Source: Escherichia coli (GTDB taxonomy: Bacteria > Pseudomonadota > Gammaproteobacteria > Enterobacterales > Enterobacteriaceae). From it: DNA of 64,000 nt. The notes below the pieces were generated by a model. The model was not told the DNA's origin, ran no database searches, and saw nothing but the letters and a program-made list of their open reading frames with translations. A program made the translations under genes and the position numbers. Location of the stretch: assembly GCF_003790525.1 (NCBI RefSeq), contig NZ_CP033635.1. One strand, 5' to 3'. Shown here piece after piece: positions 50,811 to 62,635 of this stretch (positions are counted from its first letter, which is position 1; the number at the start of each line of letters is the position of its first letter).

Positions 50811-51403
50811 AACACCTTCGCGAAATAGTCCGGGATGGTGGTTTTATCTTTCACCAGAATACTGGTAATGCCTAGCTGATTCGCTCCTTCTATATTATCG
50901 GCGTTATCGTCGAAAAAGACCGTATCGCTGGGTGAAAAACCTTCTGCCTGCAAAACATGCTGATAAATTCGTGCTTCAGGTTTGCGCATCCCCAGATCTT
51001 GCGACAGATAGATATGGTCAGCAGCATCACGGATTTCCGGGTATTCCTCCGGCCAGAAGGTAGTATGCAGGCGGTTAGTATTGGAAAGCACCACCACGCG
51101 ATGCCCCTGCTCACGCAGTTTATGCATGATGGCGATCACTTCCGGGCGCAGCGCGACAAACACCGCCTGCCAGCCGTGAGAGAACTGCTCGTAGCTTAGC
51201 GGTAGAGCCATCTCATGACACAGCGCCTCTGCGAACGCTTCGTCGCTAATTTCCCCACGCTCATGCTGATGAAACGCCTCGCCCATGTGGAAACTCTTCT
51301 TAAGCGTAGCCAGTGGAACACGCGTTAAATCGCTCCAGGCTCCCAGCACACGGTTAAAGTCGATATCGACAATCACATTACCTAAATCAAAGATATAGAG
51401 CAT
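50804..51403 (-). CDS. yihX: HAD-family alpha-D-glucose-1-phosphate phosphatase YihX (199 aa)
   Basis: [15 protein letters not shown] (DxD HAD motif I). GGAGG lies upstream of ATG 51403. Confidence 0.9.
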
Positions 51404-51501
51404 TTTTGCCTCCTTTCGCGCCACAAGAAATTAACTGTAGCGGGAAAGGATGGGTTTGGCTATGTGGTCAGGTATGAAGCCAGGTCAACGGTCACAAAAT
51501 T

Positions 51502-52287
51502 CTACGCGTCTTCCTGGGGAAGGATGATTTCAATTTGGCTGTCTTGTAAGCGTGATTTTAGCGCAGCGGGCGGCAGCTCGTCGGTAAAGAGCGCAGTGAC
51601 CTGTGCCACATTACCAATTTCAACCGCCGCCGAAGCATGATACTTAGTGTGATCGGCGACCAGCAGAATATTTCTCGCGTGCGCCATCATCGTTTTCACC
51701 ACGTTAGCTTCGTTAACATCAAACTCCATCAACGCGCCATCGCTCTCAATTGCGCCTACACTTGTTACCAGATAATCGGCGCGAAAATCGGCCACAAAGG
51801 ACGCCGCTGAAGGGCCAATGATCCCACTGTTATGGGAACGCAGCGTTCCGCCAGGCACCATCACTTCAAAGCGCGGGTTGTGGTAAAGAATATGCGCCAC
51901 ACGCAGGCTGTTGGTGATTATCCGCAAATGGTTATGGTTAAGTAACGCCCGGGCAACATGCTCAACGGTCGTACCAATGGTGATAAATATTGTCGATCCA
52001 TCAGGAATATAGTCTGCCACCGCTTCGGCAATCGCTTTTTTCTCTTCAGTTTGCGAAACCTCACGCTGCTCGAACGCCGTATTAACGACGCTGGAAGCCC
52101 GACCCGCGCCACCGTGATGGCGCGTAATCAGTCCTTGCTCGCTTAATTTACGAATATCCCGGCGGACCGTCTGCGTGGAGACATCCAGCAGATTTGCCAG
52201 CTCATCAATATTCATATACCCACGCTCGGCGATCAGCATGAGGAGTTGGTCGTGCCGCGGGTTACCGGTTAGTTCGGTAAGGCTCAT
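51502..52287 (-). CDS. yihW: DeoR-family repressor of sulfoquinovose catabolism (YihW/CsqR, 261 aa)
   Basis: HTH region IDELANLLDVSTQTVRRDIRKL with a DeoR C-terminal domain. Confidence 0.9.
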   Translation of the reverse strand: MSLTELTGNPRHDQLLMLIAERGYMNIDELANLLDVSTQTVRRDIRKLSEQGLITRHHGGAGRASSVVNTAFEQREVSQTEEKKAIAEAVADYIPDGSTIFITIGTTVEHVARALLNHNHLRIITNSLRVAHILYHNPRFEVMVPGGTLRSHNSGIIGPSAASFVADFRADYLVTSVGAIESDGALMEFDVNEANVVKTMMAHARNILLVADHTKYHASAAVEIGNVAQVTALFTDELPPAALKSRLQDSQIEIILPQEDA

Positions 52288-52320
52288 GAAAATTCCTCGA
52301 AAAACCATCACCCTGGCATT

Positions 52321-53217
52321 TTATACAAAAAGTGACAAAAAAGATCGGGTTTGATCACAGTCAGGGATCCCAGCTCGTCCACCGGGACGTGTGCATTTTA
52401 ACGCCGCTACACCGCTGGCGAAGCGGACTGACTCCGCTAAATCCCCACCTGTGGCCAGCGCCACCGCCAAAGCGCCGTGAAAAACATCACCCGCTCCTGT
52501 GGTATCTACCACATCAACTTTGAAGGCCGGTTGATGTTGACGCCCGCCATTTTCCAGCCAGTCGCAGCCTGCGCTGCCCTGGGTCACATAGACATGACCA
52601 TTTGTGAGCGTTTGTGCCTGTTTTAGGGCACTCGCCATCTCTTTCACGCCCGTTAAGCGCGCCAGACCCGGTTCTGAAAAAGCTGCATGATCGCTTAACG
52701 CCACCAGTTCGCTGATATCCTGCGGCGTAATATCACCGTCCAGCACGGTCATTACGCCCGCCTGCCGCGCCAGAGTGAAGGCTTTTTTCGCGCCGTCGTG
52801 CCAGCGTACATCTGCCAGCACCACGTCCCACTGAGAGAAATCAATTTCCTCCAACCACTCTGCATCTGGCAGTAGGTCTGGGCTGGGATAGTTAATGATG
52901 ATTCGCTCACCTTTGGCATCCACCATGATGGCGGATTGCGAAGATTTCGCCTGGTTATACCGTTTGGTGTAACGGGTGTTAACGCCCCAGGATTCCAGCT
53001 CTGCCAGCAGGCTGTTACCCGTGTCGTCATCACCGACGCGACCAATAAAATCGACCTGCGCCCCCAGCCTTGCCGCCGCAACCGCTGCCGTCGCCGCTGG
53101 CCCGCCACCAACTTCCGTATAATTTCTCGCCACGTATTTACCGCTCTCCGTCGGTAATCCTTCCACGTAATAAATACGATCCATCACGGTAATACCTACA
53201 CAAGCAACACGAATCAT
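52321..53217 (-). CDS. yihV: 6-deoxy-6-sulfofructose kinase YihV (PfkB family, 298 aa)
   Basis: Ribokinase-family motifs (DTTGAGDVFHGA). Confidence 0.9.
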   Translation of the reverse strand: MIRVACVGITVMDRIYYVEGLPTESGKYVARNYTEVGGGPAATAAVAAARLGAQVDFIGRVGDDDTGNSLLAELESWGVNTRYTKRYNQAKSSQSAIMVDAKGERIIINYPSPDLLPDAEWLEEIDFSQWDVVLADVRWHDGAKKAFTLARQAGVMTVLDGDITPQDISELVALSDHAAFSEPGLARLTGVKEMASALKQAQTLTNGHVYVTQGSAGCDWLENGGRQHQPAFKVDVVDTTGAGDVFHGALAVALATGGDLAESVRFASGVAALKCTRPGGRAGIPDCDQTRSFLSLFV

Positions 53218-53384
53218 GGTCATTCCTTAAGCATTTTGGGATGCGTTCATTTTAATTTCACCAATTGTTTAAAAAGTGACGGCTGTCAATTTTTTGACGA
53301 TAAATTACAAATACGATCAAAAACAGACAAGCAAAGCATGTCATAAATGACAAAAAGTGACATCACTGTATTCAGGAGAGGGTT

Positions 53385-54281
53385 ATGGCAGCAATCGCGT
53401 TTATCGGTTTAGGACAAATGGGTTCGCCAATGGCGAGCAATTTATTGCAGCAAGGGCATCAACTTCGCGTCTTTGATGTGAACGCCGAAGCTGTGCGGCA
53501 TCTGGTAGACAAAGGTGCGACTCCCGCCGCCAACCCGGCGCAGGCCGCTAAAGATGCCGAATTTATCATTACCATGTTGCCGAATGGCGATCTGGTGCGC
53601 AGCGTGTTGTTCGGTGAAAACGGCGTTTGCGAAAGCTTATCTACCGATGCGCTGGTCATCGATATGTCGACCATCCATCCGCTGCAAACCGATAAATTGA
53701 TTGCCGATATGCAGGCCAGAGGCTTCAGCATGATGGATGTTCCGGTAGGCCGTACTTCTGCAAATGCCATTACCGGTACTCTGTTACTGCTGGCTGGCGG
53801 CACCGCTGAACAAGTTGAACGCGCCACACCGATCCTGATGGCGATGGGCAGCGAGTTGATCAACGCGGGCGGTCCGGGCATGGGGATCCGCGTTAAGCTT
53901 ATCAACAACTACATGAGCATCGCGCTCAATGCGTTGTCGGCAGAAGCCGCCGTTTTGTGCGAAGCCCTCAATCTTCCCTTCGATGTTGCCGTCAAGGTAA
54001 TGAGCGGTACTGCCGCCGGTAAAGGCCACTTCACCACTTCCTGGCCGAACAAAGTCCTCAGCGGGGATCTTTCTCCCGCCTTCATGATCGATCTTGCCCA
54101 TAAGGATCTTGGCATCGCCCTTGATGTCGCCAACCAGTTGCATGTGCCGATGCCACTGGGGGCCGCCTCACGGGAGGTTTATAGCCAGGCGCGCGCAGCG
54201 GGTCGCGGTCGCCAGGACTGGTCCGCCATTCTGGAGCAGGTCCGTGTCAGTGCCGGGATGACTGCCAAAGTAAAAATGTAA
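53385..54281 (+). CDS. yihU: 3-sulfolactaldehyde reductase YihU
   Basis: Rossmann motif [14 protein letters not shown], 298 aa. Confidence 0.9.
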   Translation: MAAIAFIGLGQMGSPMASNLLQQGHQLRVFDVNAEAVRHLVDKGATPAANPAQAAKDAEFIITMLPNGDLVRSVLFGENGVCESLSTDALVIDMSTIHPLQTDKLIADMQARGFSMMDVPVGRTSANAITGTLLLLAGGTAEQVERATPILMAMGSELINAGGPGMGIRVKLINNYMSIALNALSAEAAVLCEALNLPFDVAVKVMSGTAAGKGHFTTSWPNKVLSGDLSPAFMIDLAHKDLGIALDVANQLHVPMPLGAASREVYSQARAAGRGRQDWSAILEQVRVSAGMTAKVKM

Positions 54282-54304
54282 CGACTGGATAAAGGAATAA
54301 ATGA

Positions 54305-55183
54305 ATGAATAAGTACACCATCAACGACATTACGCGTGCATCGGGCGGTTTTGCCATGCTGGCGGTCGATCAGCGCGAAGCCATGCGCATGATGTTTGCC
54401 GCGGCTGGCGCACCCGCTCCAGTAGCCGATAGCGTTTTAACTGATTTCAAAGTTAACGCCGCGAAGACTCTTTCACCTTATGCATCGGCGATTCTGGTAG
54501 ATCAACAATTCTGCTACCGCCAGGTGGTTGAGCAAAACGCAATTGCCAAAAGCTGCGCCATGATCGTCGCTGCCGATGAATTTATTCCAGGCAACGGTAT
54601 TCCGGTGGATAGCGTAGTCATTGACCGCAAAATCAACCCGCAACAAATCAAACAAGACGGTGGCAAAGCCTTAAAACTGCTGGTGCTGTGGCGTAGTGAT
54701 GAAGATGCGCAGCAACGCCTGGATATGGTGAAAGAGTTCAATGAACTGTGCCACTCACACGGTCTGGTGAGCATCATTGAGCCAGTCGTTCGTCCGCCGC
54801 GTCGTGGCGATAAATTCGATCGCGAACAAGCAATCATCGATGCAGCCAAAGAGCTGGGTGATAGCGGTGCAGACCTCTACAAAGTTGAAATGCCGCTTTA
54901 CGGCAAAGGTCCGCAACAAGAGCTTCTCAGTGCTTCACAACGTTTGAATGACCATATCAATATGCCGTGGGTGATCCTCTCTTCCGGTGTCGACGAAAAA
55001 CTGTTCCCGCGTGCCGTACGCGTGGCAATGACGGCGGGCGCATCGGGATTCCTTGCAGGCCGTGCAGTCTGGGCATCGGTCGTCGGTTTACCAGACAACG
55101 AGTTGATGCTGCGTGACGTTTGCGCACCGAAATTACAACAACTTGGCGATATCGTCGACGAAATGATGGCTAAACGCCGTTAA
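54305..55183 (+). CDS. yihT: Sulfofructose-phosphate aldolase YihT
   Basis: 292 aa, class I aldolase-like, cluster synteny. Confidence 0.9.
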   Translation: MNKYTINDITRASGGFAMLAVDQREAMRMMFAAAGAPAPVADSVLTDFKVNAAKTLSPYASAILVDQQFCYRQVVEQNAIAKSCAMIVAADEFIPGNGIPVDSVVIDRKINPQQIKQDGGKALKLLVLWRSDEDAQQRLDMVKEFNELCHSHGLVSIIEPVVRPPRRGDKFDREQAIIDAAKELGDSGADLYKVEMPLYGKGPQQELLSASQRLNDHINMPWVILSSGVDEKLFPRAVRVAMTAGASGFLAGRAVWASVVGLPDNELMLRDVCAPKLQQLGDIVDEMMAKRR

Positions 55184-55198
55184 GATGGGGATACAAAA

Positions 55199-56440
55199 AT
55201 GAAATGGTTTAACACCTTAAGTCACAACCGTTGGCTGGAACAGGAAACCGATCGCATCTTTGATTTTGGTAAAAATTCCGTGGTGCCGACTGGTTTTGGC
55301 TGGTTAGGCAATAAAGGGCAAATCAAAGAAGAGATGGGCACCCATCTGTGGATCACCGCCCGTATGTTACACGTTTATTCCGTTGCTGCGGCGATGGGTC
55401 GACCAGGCGCTTACTCGTTGGTTGATCACGGTATCAAAGCCATGAACGGCGCACTGCGCGATAAAAAATATGGCGGCTGGTATGCCTGTGTGAATGACGA
55501 GGGCGTGGTGGATGCCTCCAAACAGGGCTATCAACATTTCTTTGCCCTGCTGGGTGCCGCCAGTGCCGTCACAACGGGTCACCCGGAAGCGCGCAAGCTG
55601 CTCGATTACACCATTGAAATTATCGAGAAATACTTCTGGAGCGAAGAAGAGCAGATGTGCCTGGAATCCTGGGACGAAGCCTTCAGTAAAACCGAAGAGT
55701 ACCGCGGCGGCAACGCCAACATGCATGCGGTAGAAGCCTTCTTGATTGTTTATGACGTAACGCATGACAAAAAATGGCTGGATCGTGCGATTCGCGTAGC
55801 TTCCGTCATTATCCACGACGTCGCCAGAAATAATCATTATCGCGTTAACGAGCACTTCGATACCCAGTGGAATCCGCTGCCGGATTACAACAAAGATAAC
55901 CCGGCGCACCGCTTCCGCGCATTCGGAGGCACGCCGGGCCACTGGATCGAGTGGGGTCGTTTAATGCTGCACATCCATGCCGCCCTGGAAGCCCGCGGCG
56001 AACAGCCGCCAGCCTGGCTGTTAGAAGATGCCAAAGGTCTGTTCAACGCCACCGTGCGCGATGCCTGGGCGCCCGATGGTGCGGACGGGATTGTTTATAC
56101 CGTTGACTGGGAAGGAAAACCGGTCGTTCGCGAACGTGTGCGTTGGCCTATCGTCGAGGCGATGGGTACGGCTTACGCGCTCTACACCGTCACCGGCGAT
56201 CGCCAGTACGAAACCTGGTATCAGACATGGTGGGAGTACTGCATTAAGTACCTGATGGACTATGAAAATGGTTCCTGGTGGCAGGAGCTGGATGCGGACA
56301 ATAAGGTCACCACCAAAGTCTGGGACGGCAAACAGGATATTTATCACCTGCTGCATTGCCTGGTGATCCCGCGTATCCCGTTAGCCCCTGGTCTGGCTCC
56401 GGCAGTTGCGGCGGGGCTGCTGGACGTGAATGCCAAATAA
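55199..56440 (+). CDS. yihS: Sulfoquinovose isomerase YihS
   Basis: 413 aa, AGE/epimerase-family (alpha/alpha)6 protein, cluster synteny. Confidence 0.9.
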   Translation: MKWFNTLSHNRWLEQETDRIFDFGKNSVVPTGFGWLGNKGQIKEEMGTHLWITARMLHVYSVAAAMGRPGAYSLVDHGIKAMNGALRDKKYGGWYACVNDEGVVDASKQGYQHFFALLGAASAVTTGHPEARKLLDYTIEIIEKYFWSEEEQMCLESWDEAFSKTEEYRGGNANMHAVEAFLIVYDVTHDKKWLDRAIRVASVIIHDVARNNHYRVNEHFDTQWNPLPDYNKDNPAHRFRAFGGTPGHWIEWGRLMLHIHAALEARGEQPPAWLLEDAKGLFNATVRDAWAPDGADGIVYTVDWEGKPVVRERVRWPIVEAMGTAYALYTVTGDRQYETWYQTWWEYCIKYLMDYENGSWWQELDADNKVTTKVWDGKQDIYHLLHCLVIPRIPLAPGLAPAVAAGLLDVNAK

Positions 56441-56558
56441 CTGACTGAAAACCCTAACCCTCTCCCCAAAGGGGAGAGGGGACCGCCCGGCGCAGTTTTT
56501 TGGTTTGACATCAGCCTCATGGGAGGCTGTATACCGTTTTTTAATTAAGGTACCTCGT

Positions 56559-57458
56559 ATGCAAACCACCAATATGCATTGCAGTGGACAGACCGTTTCA
56601 CTCACCGCTGGGGATTATCACGCAACTATCGTGACGGTTGGCGCAGGTCTGGCTGAATTAACTTTTCAGGGCTGCCATTTAGTTATTCCGCATAAACCCG
56701 AAGAGATGCCGCTGGCACACCTGGGCAAAGTCCTTATTCCCTGGCCTAACCGGATTGCCAACGGCTGTTATCGCTATCAGGGGCAGGAATATCAGTTACC
56801 CATTAATGAACATGGTTCAAAAGCCGCTATTCACGGGCTGCTTGCCTGGCGTGACTGGCAAATAAGCGAACAAACCACCACCAGCGTCACATTAACGGCC
56901 TTTTTGCCGCCCAGTTACGGCTATCCGTTTATGCTGGCCTCGCAAGTTGTTTATTCGCTCAACGCACGCACGGGCCTTTCCGTTGAGATCGCAAGCCAGA
57001 ATATCGGCACTGTCGCAGCACCTTATGGTGTGGGTATTCATCCTTATTTAACCTGCAACTTAACGCCTGTTGATGACTATGTATTCCAGCTTCCAGCAGA
57101 ACAGGTTTATGCCGTCGAGCACGCGAATCCGACAACGCTTCACCACGTTGATGAGCTGGATTTAAATTTCACGCAGGCGAAAAAAATAGCCGCGACAAAA
57201 ATCGACCACACCTTTAAAACCGCTAATGATCTGTGGGAAATGACCATTACCCATCCACAACAGGTTCTTTCGGTAAGCCTTTGTTCCGATCAACCCTGGG
57301 TGCAGGTTTATAGCGGAGAAAAATTACAGCGCCAGGGCCTGGCAGTTGAACCTATGAGTTGCCCGCCTAACGCCTTTAATTCAGGTATCGACTTATTATT
57401 ACTGGAACCAGGAAAAACGCACCGCCTGTTTTTTAATATTTACGGACAGAGAAAATAA
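56559..57458 (+). CDS. yihR: Aldose-1-epimerase-like protein YihR (start uncertain; the ORF is open from 56505)
   Basis: Cluster synteny. AAGG lies upstream of ATG 56559. Confidence 0.8.
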   Translation: MQTTNMHCSGQTVSLTAGDYHATIVTVGAGLAELTFQGCHLVIPHKPEEMPLAHLGKVLIPWPNRIANGCYRYQGQEYQLPINEHGSKAAIHGLLAWRDWQISEQTTTSVTLTAFLPPSYGYPFMLASQVVYSLNARTGLSVEIASQNIGTVAAPYGVGIHPYLTCNLTPVDDYVFQLPAEQVYAVEHANPTTLHHVDELDLNFTQAKKIAATKIDHTFKTANDLWEMTITHPQQVLSVSLCSDQPWVQVYSGEKLQRQGLAVEPMSCPPNAFNSGIDLLLLEPGKTHRLFFNIYGQRK

Positions 57459-57655
57459 CTTGTATTGATTAGCAGTCAAAATCATTGAAGAACATTTCAC
57501 TCGTAAAGGCAACGTTATGTATCTTCAATTTATTAAGTTAAAAAAAGCTCAGCTTCTGTAAAGTTTATATATATCAGTTTTATGAGAATCATTTTACATA
57601 AGCCTGTAATAACGGGAAGGAAACAATCTCGTCCTCAACTCTATGGAGATTATTT

Positions 57656-59692
57656 ATGGATACGCCACGCCCACAGCTATTAGATTTTCAATTTCATCAG
57701 AATAACGACAGTTTTACTCTACGTTTTCAAGACCGCCTTATTTTAATCCATAGCAAAGATAATCCTTGCTTATCGATTGGCTCAGGTATAGCGGATATCG
57801 ATATGTTCCGCGGTAATTTCAGCATTAAAGATAAATTGCAGGAGAAAATTGCGCTTACCGACGCCATCGTCAGCCAGTCACCGGATGGTTGGTTAATCCA
57901 TTTCAGCCGTGGTTCTGACATTAGCGCCACGCTGCGTATCTCTGCCGACGATCAGGGCCGTTTATTGCTGGAACTACAAAACGACAACCATCACCACAAC
58001 CGCATCTGGCTGCGTCTTGCCGCACAACCAGAGGACCATATCTACGGCTGCGGCGAACAATTCTCCTACTTTGATCTGCGCGGCAAACCGTTCCCGCTAT
58101 GGACCAGTGAACAAGGCGTTGGTCGCAACAAACAAACCTATGTCACCTGGCAGGCCGACTGCAAAGAGAACGCGGGCGGCGACTATTACTGGACTTTCTT
58201 CCCGCAGCCTACGTTTGTCAGCACGCAGAAGTATTACTGCCATGTTGATAACAGTTGCTATATGAACTTCGACTTTAGTGCCCCGGAATACCATGAACTG
58301 GCGCTGTGGGAAGAGAAAGCAACACTGCGTTTTGAATGTGCTGACACATACATCTCCCTGTTAGAAAAATTAACCGCCCTGCTGGGACGCCAGCCAGAAC
58401 TGCCCGACTGGATTTATGACGGGGTAACGCTCGGCATTCAGGGCGGGACTGAAGTGTGCCAGAAGAAACTGGACACCATGCGTAACGCGGGCGTGAAGGT
58501 CAACGGCATCTGGGCGCAGGACTGGTCCGGGATCCGTATGACCTCGTTTGGTAAACGTGTGATGTGGAACTGGAAGTGGAACAGCGAAAACTATCCGCAA
58601 CTGGATTCGCGTATTAAACAGTGGAACAAAGAAGGCGTGCAGTTCCTCGCCTACATCAACCCGTATGTTGCCAGCGATAAGGACCTCTGCGCCGAGGCGG
58701 CTTCACACGGCTATCTGGCAAAAGATGCCTCTGGCGGCGACTATCTGGTGGAGTTTGGCGAGTTCTATGGCGGCGTTGTCGATCTCACCAATCCAGAAGC
58801 CTACGCCTGGTTCAAGGAAGTGATCAAAAAGAACATGATTGAACTTGGCTGCGGCGGCTGGATGGCTGACTTCGGCGAGTATCTGCCCACCGACACGTAC
58901 CTGCATAACGGCGTCAGCGCGGAAATTATGCATAACGCCTGGCCTGCGCTGTGGGCGAAATGTAACTACGAAGCCCTTGAAGAAACAGGCAAGCTCGGCG
59001 AGCTCCTCTTCTTTATGCGCGCCGGTTCTACCGGTAGCCAGAAATACTCCACCATGATGTGGGCGGGCGACCAGAACGTTGACTGGAGTCTGGACGATGG
59101 ACTGGCGTCAGTCGTCCCGGCGGCGCTGTCTCTGGCAATGACCGGACATGGCCTGCATCACAGTGATATTGGCGGTTACACCACCCTGTTTGAGATGAAG
59201 CGCAGCAAAGAGCTGCTGCTGCGCTGGTGCGATTTCAGCGCCTTCACGCCGATGATGCGCACCCACGAAGGTAACCGTCCTGGCGACAACTGGCAGTTTG
59301 ATAGCGACGCGGAAACTATCGCCCATTTTGCCCGTATGACCACCGTCTTCACCACCCTGAAACCTTACCTGAAAGAGGCCGTCGCGCTGAATGCGAAGTC
59401 CGGCCTGCCGGTTATGCGCCCGCTGTTCCTGCATTACGAAGACGACGCGCAGACCTACACCCTGAAATATCAGTACCTGTTAGGCCGCGACATTCTGGTC
59501 GCTCCGGTGCATGAAGAAGGCCGTAGCGACTGGACGCTCTATCTGCCGGAGGATAACTGGGTCCATGCCTGGACGGGTGAAGCGTTCCGGGGCGGGGAAG
59601 TTACCGTTAATGCGCCCATCGGTAAACCGCCGGTCTTTTATCGCGCCGGTAGCGAATGGGCGGCACTGTTCGCCACGTTAAAAAGTATCTAA
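57656..59692 (+). CDS. yihQ: GH31 sulfoquinovosidase YihQ
   Basis: 678 aa with GH31 signatures (WMADFGEY, WAGDQ). Confidence 0.92.
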   Translation: MDTPRPQLLDFQFHQNNDSFTLRFQDRLILIHSKDNPCLSIGSGIADIDMFRGNFSIKDKLQEKIALTDAIVSQSPDGWLIHFSRGSDISATLRISADDQGRLLLELQNDNHHHNRIWLRLAAQPEDHIYGCGEQFSYFDLRGKPFPLWTSEQGVGRNKQTYVTWQADCKENAGGDYYWTFFPQPTFVSTQKYYCHVDNSCYMNFDFSAPEYHELALWEEKATLRFECADTYISLLEKLTALLGRQPELPDWIYDGVTLGIQGGTEVCQKKLDTMRNAGVKVNGIWAQDWSGIRMTSFGKRVMWNWKWNSENYPQLDSRIKQWNKEGVQFLAYINPYVASDKDLCAEAASHGYLAKDASGGDYLVEFGEFYGGVVDLTNPEAYAWFKEVIKKNMIELGCGGWMADFGEYLPTDTYLHNGVSAEIMHNAWPALWAKCNYEALEETGKLGELLFFMRAGSTGSQKYSTMMWAGDQNVDWSLDDGLASVVPAALSLAMTGHGLHHSDIGGYTTLFEMKRSKELLLRWCDFSAFTPMMRTHEGNRPGDNWQFDSDAETIAHFARMTTVFTTLKPYLKEAVALNAKSGLPVMRPLFLHYEDDAQTYTLKYQYLLGRDILVAPVHEEGRSDWTLYLPEDNWVHAWTGEAFRGGEVTVNAPIGKPPVFYRAGSEWAALFATLKSI

Positions 59693-59737
59693 TCATGTCC
59701 GCCCGTGGGGAAACTCACGGGCAAAGGGAGAACAACG

Positions 59738-61123
59738 ATGAGTCACATCACAACGGAAGATCCAGCAACTTTACGCCTGCCCTTTAAAGAGAAACTCTCT
59801 TACGGTATTGGCGACCTGGCCTCTAACATCCTGCTGGATATTGGTACGCTTTATCTTTTGAAGTTTTATACCGACGTTCTGGGGCTGCCTGGCACCTATG
59901 GTGGCATTATCTTTTTGATTTCAAAATTCTTTACTGCGTTTACCGATATGGGAACAGGCATCATGCTGGATTCCCGACGCAAGATCGGCCCAAAAGGCAA
60001 GTTCCGTCCTTTTATTCTGTATGCGTCATTCCCGGTCACCCTGCTGGCGATCGCCAACTTTATCGGTACGCCGTTCGATGTCACCGGTAAAACGGTGATG
60101 GCCACCATCCTGTTTATGCTTTACGGACTGTTTTTCAGCATGATGAACTGCTCGTATGGCGCGATGGTCCCCGCTATTACTAAAAACCCCAACGAACGTG
60201 CATCGCTGGCAGCATGGCGTCAGGGTGGCGCTACATTAGGCCTGCTGCTGTGTACGGTGGGATTCGTGCCGGTTATGAATCTTATCGAAGGTAATCAGCA
60301 ACTTGGCTATATCTTCGCCGCCACGCTGTTTTCACTGTTCGGCCTGCTGTTTATGTGGATCTGCTACTCGGGCGTGAAAGAGCGTTATGTCGAAACCCAA
60401 CCTACCAATCCGGCGCAAAAGCCTGGCTTGTTGCAGTCTTTCCGCGCGATTGCTGGTAACCGCCCACTGTTCATTCTGTGTATTGCCAACCTCTGCACTT
60501 TAGGGGCGTTTAACGTCAAGCTCGCCATTCAGGTCTATTACACCCAGTACGTGCTCAACGATCCCATCCTGTTGTCATATATGGGATTTTTCAGCATGGG
60601 CTGTATTTTCATCGGCGTGTTCCTGATGCCCGGCGCAGTCAGACGTTTTGGTAAGAAGAAGGTCTATATCGGCGGCCTGCTGATTTGGGTGCTTGGCGAT
60701 CTGCTCAACTATTTCTTTGGCGGCGGTTCGGTCAGCTTCGTGGCGTTCTCCTGCCTGGCATTCTTCGGCTCAGCGTTTGTTAACAGCCTGAACTGGGCGC
60801 TGGTTTCCGACACCGTCGAGTACGGCGAGTGGCGCACCGGTGTGCGTTCGGAAGGTACGGTCTACACCGGTTTCACCTTCTTTCGCAAAGTATCTCAGGC
60901 GCTGGCAGGTTTCTTCCCAGGCTGGATGCTGACGCAAATCGGCTATGTGCCAAACGTCGCCCAGGCTGACCACACTATCGAAGGGTTGCGCCAACTGATC
61001 TTCATCTACCCAAGCGCACTGGCAGTAGTCACCATCGTGGCAATGGGTTGCTTCTACAGTCTGAACGAGAAGATGTACGTCCGCATTGTTGAAGAGATAG
61101 AAGCCCGTAAACGCACGGCGTAA
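59738..61123 (+). CDS. yihP: GPH-family sugar:cation symporter YihP (461 aa)
   Basis: AGGGAG lies upstream of ATG 59738. Paralogous to yihO. Confidence 0.9.
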   Translation: MSHITTEDPATLRLPFKEKLSYGIGDLASNILLDIGTLYLLKFYTDVLGLPGTYGGIIFLISKFFTAFTDMGTGIMLDSRRKIGPKGKFRPFILYASFPVTLLAIANFIGTPFDVTGKTVMATILFMLYGLFFSMMNCSYGAMVPAITKNPNERASLAAWRQGGATLGLLLCTVGFVPVMNLIEGNQQLGYIFAATLFSLFGLLFMWICYSGVKERYVETQPTNPAQKPGLLQSFRAIAGNRPLFILCIANLCTLGAFNVKLAIQVYYTQYVLNDPILLSYMGFFSMGCIFIGVFLMPGAVRRFGKKKVYIGGLLIWVLGDLLNYFFGGGSVSFVAFSCLAFFGSAFVNSLNWALVSDTVEYGEWRTGVRSEGTVYTGFTFFRKVSQALAGFFPGWMLTQIGYVPNVAQADHTIEGLRQLIFIYPSALAVVTIVAMGCFYSLNEKMYVRIVEEIEARKRTA

Positions 61124-61165
61124 TTATAATAAACAACGCCCTGCGGGGCGTTATAAGGAGTGATT

Positions 61166-62569
61166 ATGTCTGACCATAATCCACTGACATTAAGACTGAA
61201 TCTGCGGGAAAAAATCGCCTATGGTATGGGCGACGTCGGTTCGAATTTAATGCTCTGCATCGGTACTCTGTATCTCCTCAAATTTTATACCGATGAATTA
61301 GGGATGCCTGCTTACTATGGCGGGATTATCTTTCTGGTGGCGAAGTTTTTTACCGCATTTACCGATATGCTCACCGGATTTTTACTCGACTCGCGGAAAA
61401 ATATTGGGCCTAAAGGCAAATTTCGTCCCTTTATTTTATATGCAGCGGTTCCGGCGGCGTTAATTGCAACGCTCCAGTTTATCGCCACCACCTTTAGTTT
61501 GCCGGTTAAAACGACGATTGCCACCGCACTGTTTATGATGTTTGGACTTTCATACAGTCTGATGAACTGCTCGTATGGTGCGATGATCCCGGCCATTACC
61601 AAAAACCCCAATGAGCGCGCGCAGCTCGCGGCTTACCGCCAGGGTGGTGCAACCATAGGGCTATTGATTTGTACCGTGGCGTTTATTCCGTTGCAGTCGC
61701 TTTTTTCTGACTCAACCGTCGGTTATGCCTGTGCGGCACTGATGTTCTCCATTGGCGGCTTTATTTTTATGATGCTGTGCTACAGAGGCGTCAAAGAGCA
61801 TTATGTGGACACCACGCCAACCGGACATAAGGCCAGTATTCTCAAATCATTTTGCGCGATATTTCATAATCCACCTTTGCTGGTATTGTGCATTGCTAAC
61901 CTGTGTACTCTGGCGGCATTTAATATCAAACTGGCGATTCAGGTCTATTACACCCAGTATGTGCTGAATGATATTAATTTATTGTCGTGGATGGGATTTT
62001 TCAGTATGGGATGCATCCTCGTCGGCGTATTACTGGTGCCATTAACTGTAAAATGTTTTGGTAAAAAACAGGTTTATTTAGCTGGCATGGTGCTATGGGC
62101 GGTTGGTGATATCCTGAATTATTTCTGGGGAAGTAACTCTTTCACTTTCGTCATGTTCTCTTGTGTCGCCTTTTTTGGCACGGCCTTTGTAAACAGCCTG
62201 AACTGGGCACTGGTGCCAGATACCGTAGATTACGGTGAATGGAAAACCGGTATACGTGCCGAAGGTTCTGTTTATACCGGTTATACCTTCTTTCGTAAAA
62301 TTTCAGCCGCACTTGCTGGCTTCTTGCCAGGCATTATGCTGACGCAAATCGGTTATGTTCCCAACATCGCGCAAAGCGATGCGACATTACAGGGTTTGCG
62401 TCAGCTCATTTTTATCTGGCCTTGTGCGCTGGCAATGATTGCTGCATTGACGATGGGGTTCTTTTACACGCTCAATGAGAAACGGTTTGCACTGATTATT
62501 GAGGAAATTAACCAACGCAAAAATAAAGAAATTGAGACAGAAGAAAAAACGGCTTCCGTAACGTTATAA
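61166..62569 (+). CDS. yihO: GPH-family sulfoquinovose transporter YihO (467 aa)
   Basis: AAGGAG lies 5 nt upstream of ATG 61166. Confidence 0.9.
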   Translation: MSDHNPLTLRLNLREKIAYGMGDVGSNLMLCIGTLYLLKFYTDELGMPAYYGGIIFLVAKFFTAFTDMLTGFLLDSRKNIGPKGKFRPFILYAAVPAALIATLQFIATTFSLPVKTTIATALFMMFGLSYSLMNCSYGAMIPAITKNPNERAQLAAYRQGGATIGLLICTVAFIPLQSLFSDSTVGYACAALMFSIGGFIFMMLCYRGVKEHYVDTTPTGHKASILKSFCAIFHNPPLLVLCIANLCTLAAFNIKLAIQVYYTQYVLNDINLLSWMGFFSMGCILVGVLLVPLTVKCFGKKQVYLAGMVLWAVGDILNYFWGSNSFTFVMFSCVAFFGTAFVNSLNWALVPDTVDYGEWKTGIRAEGSVYTGYTFFRKISAALAGFLPGIMLTQIGYVPNIAQSDATLQGLRQLIFIWPCALAMIAALTMGFFYTLNEKRFALIIEEINQRKNKEIETEEKTASVTL

Positions 62570-62635
62570 ATGTCAATAGCCGCTATTTCCATCCTGGTGG
62601 GTGGCGGCCTCCCTACGCTTAAAAATGGACTTATT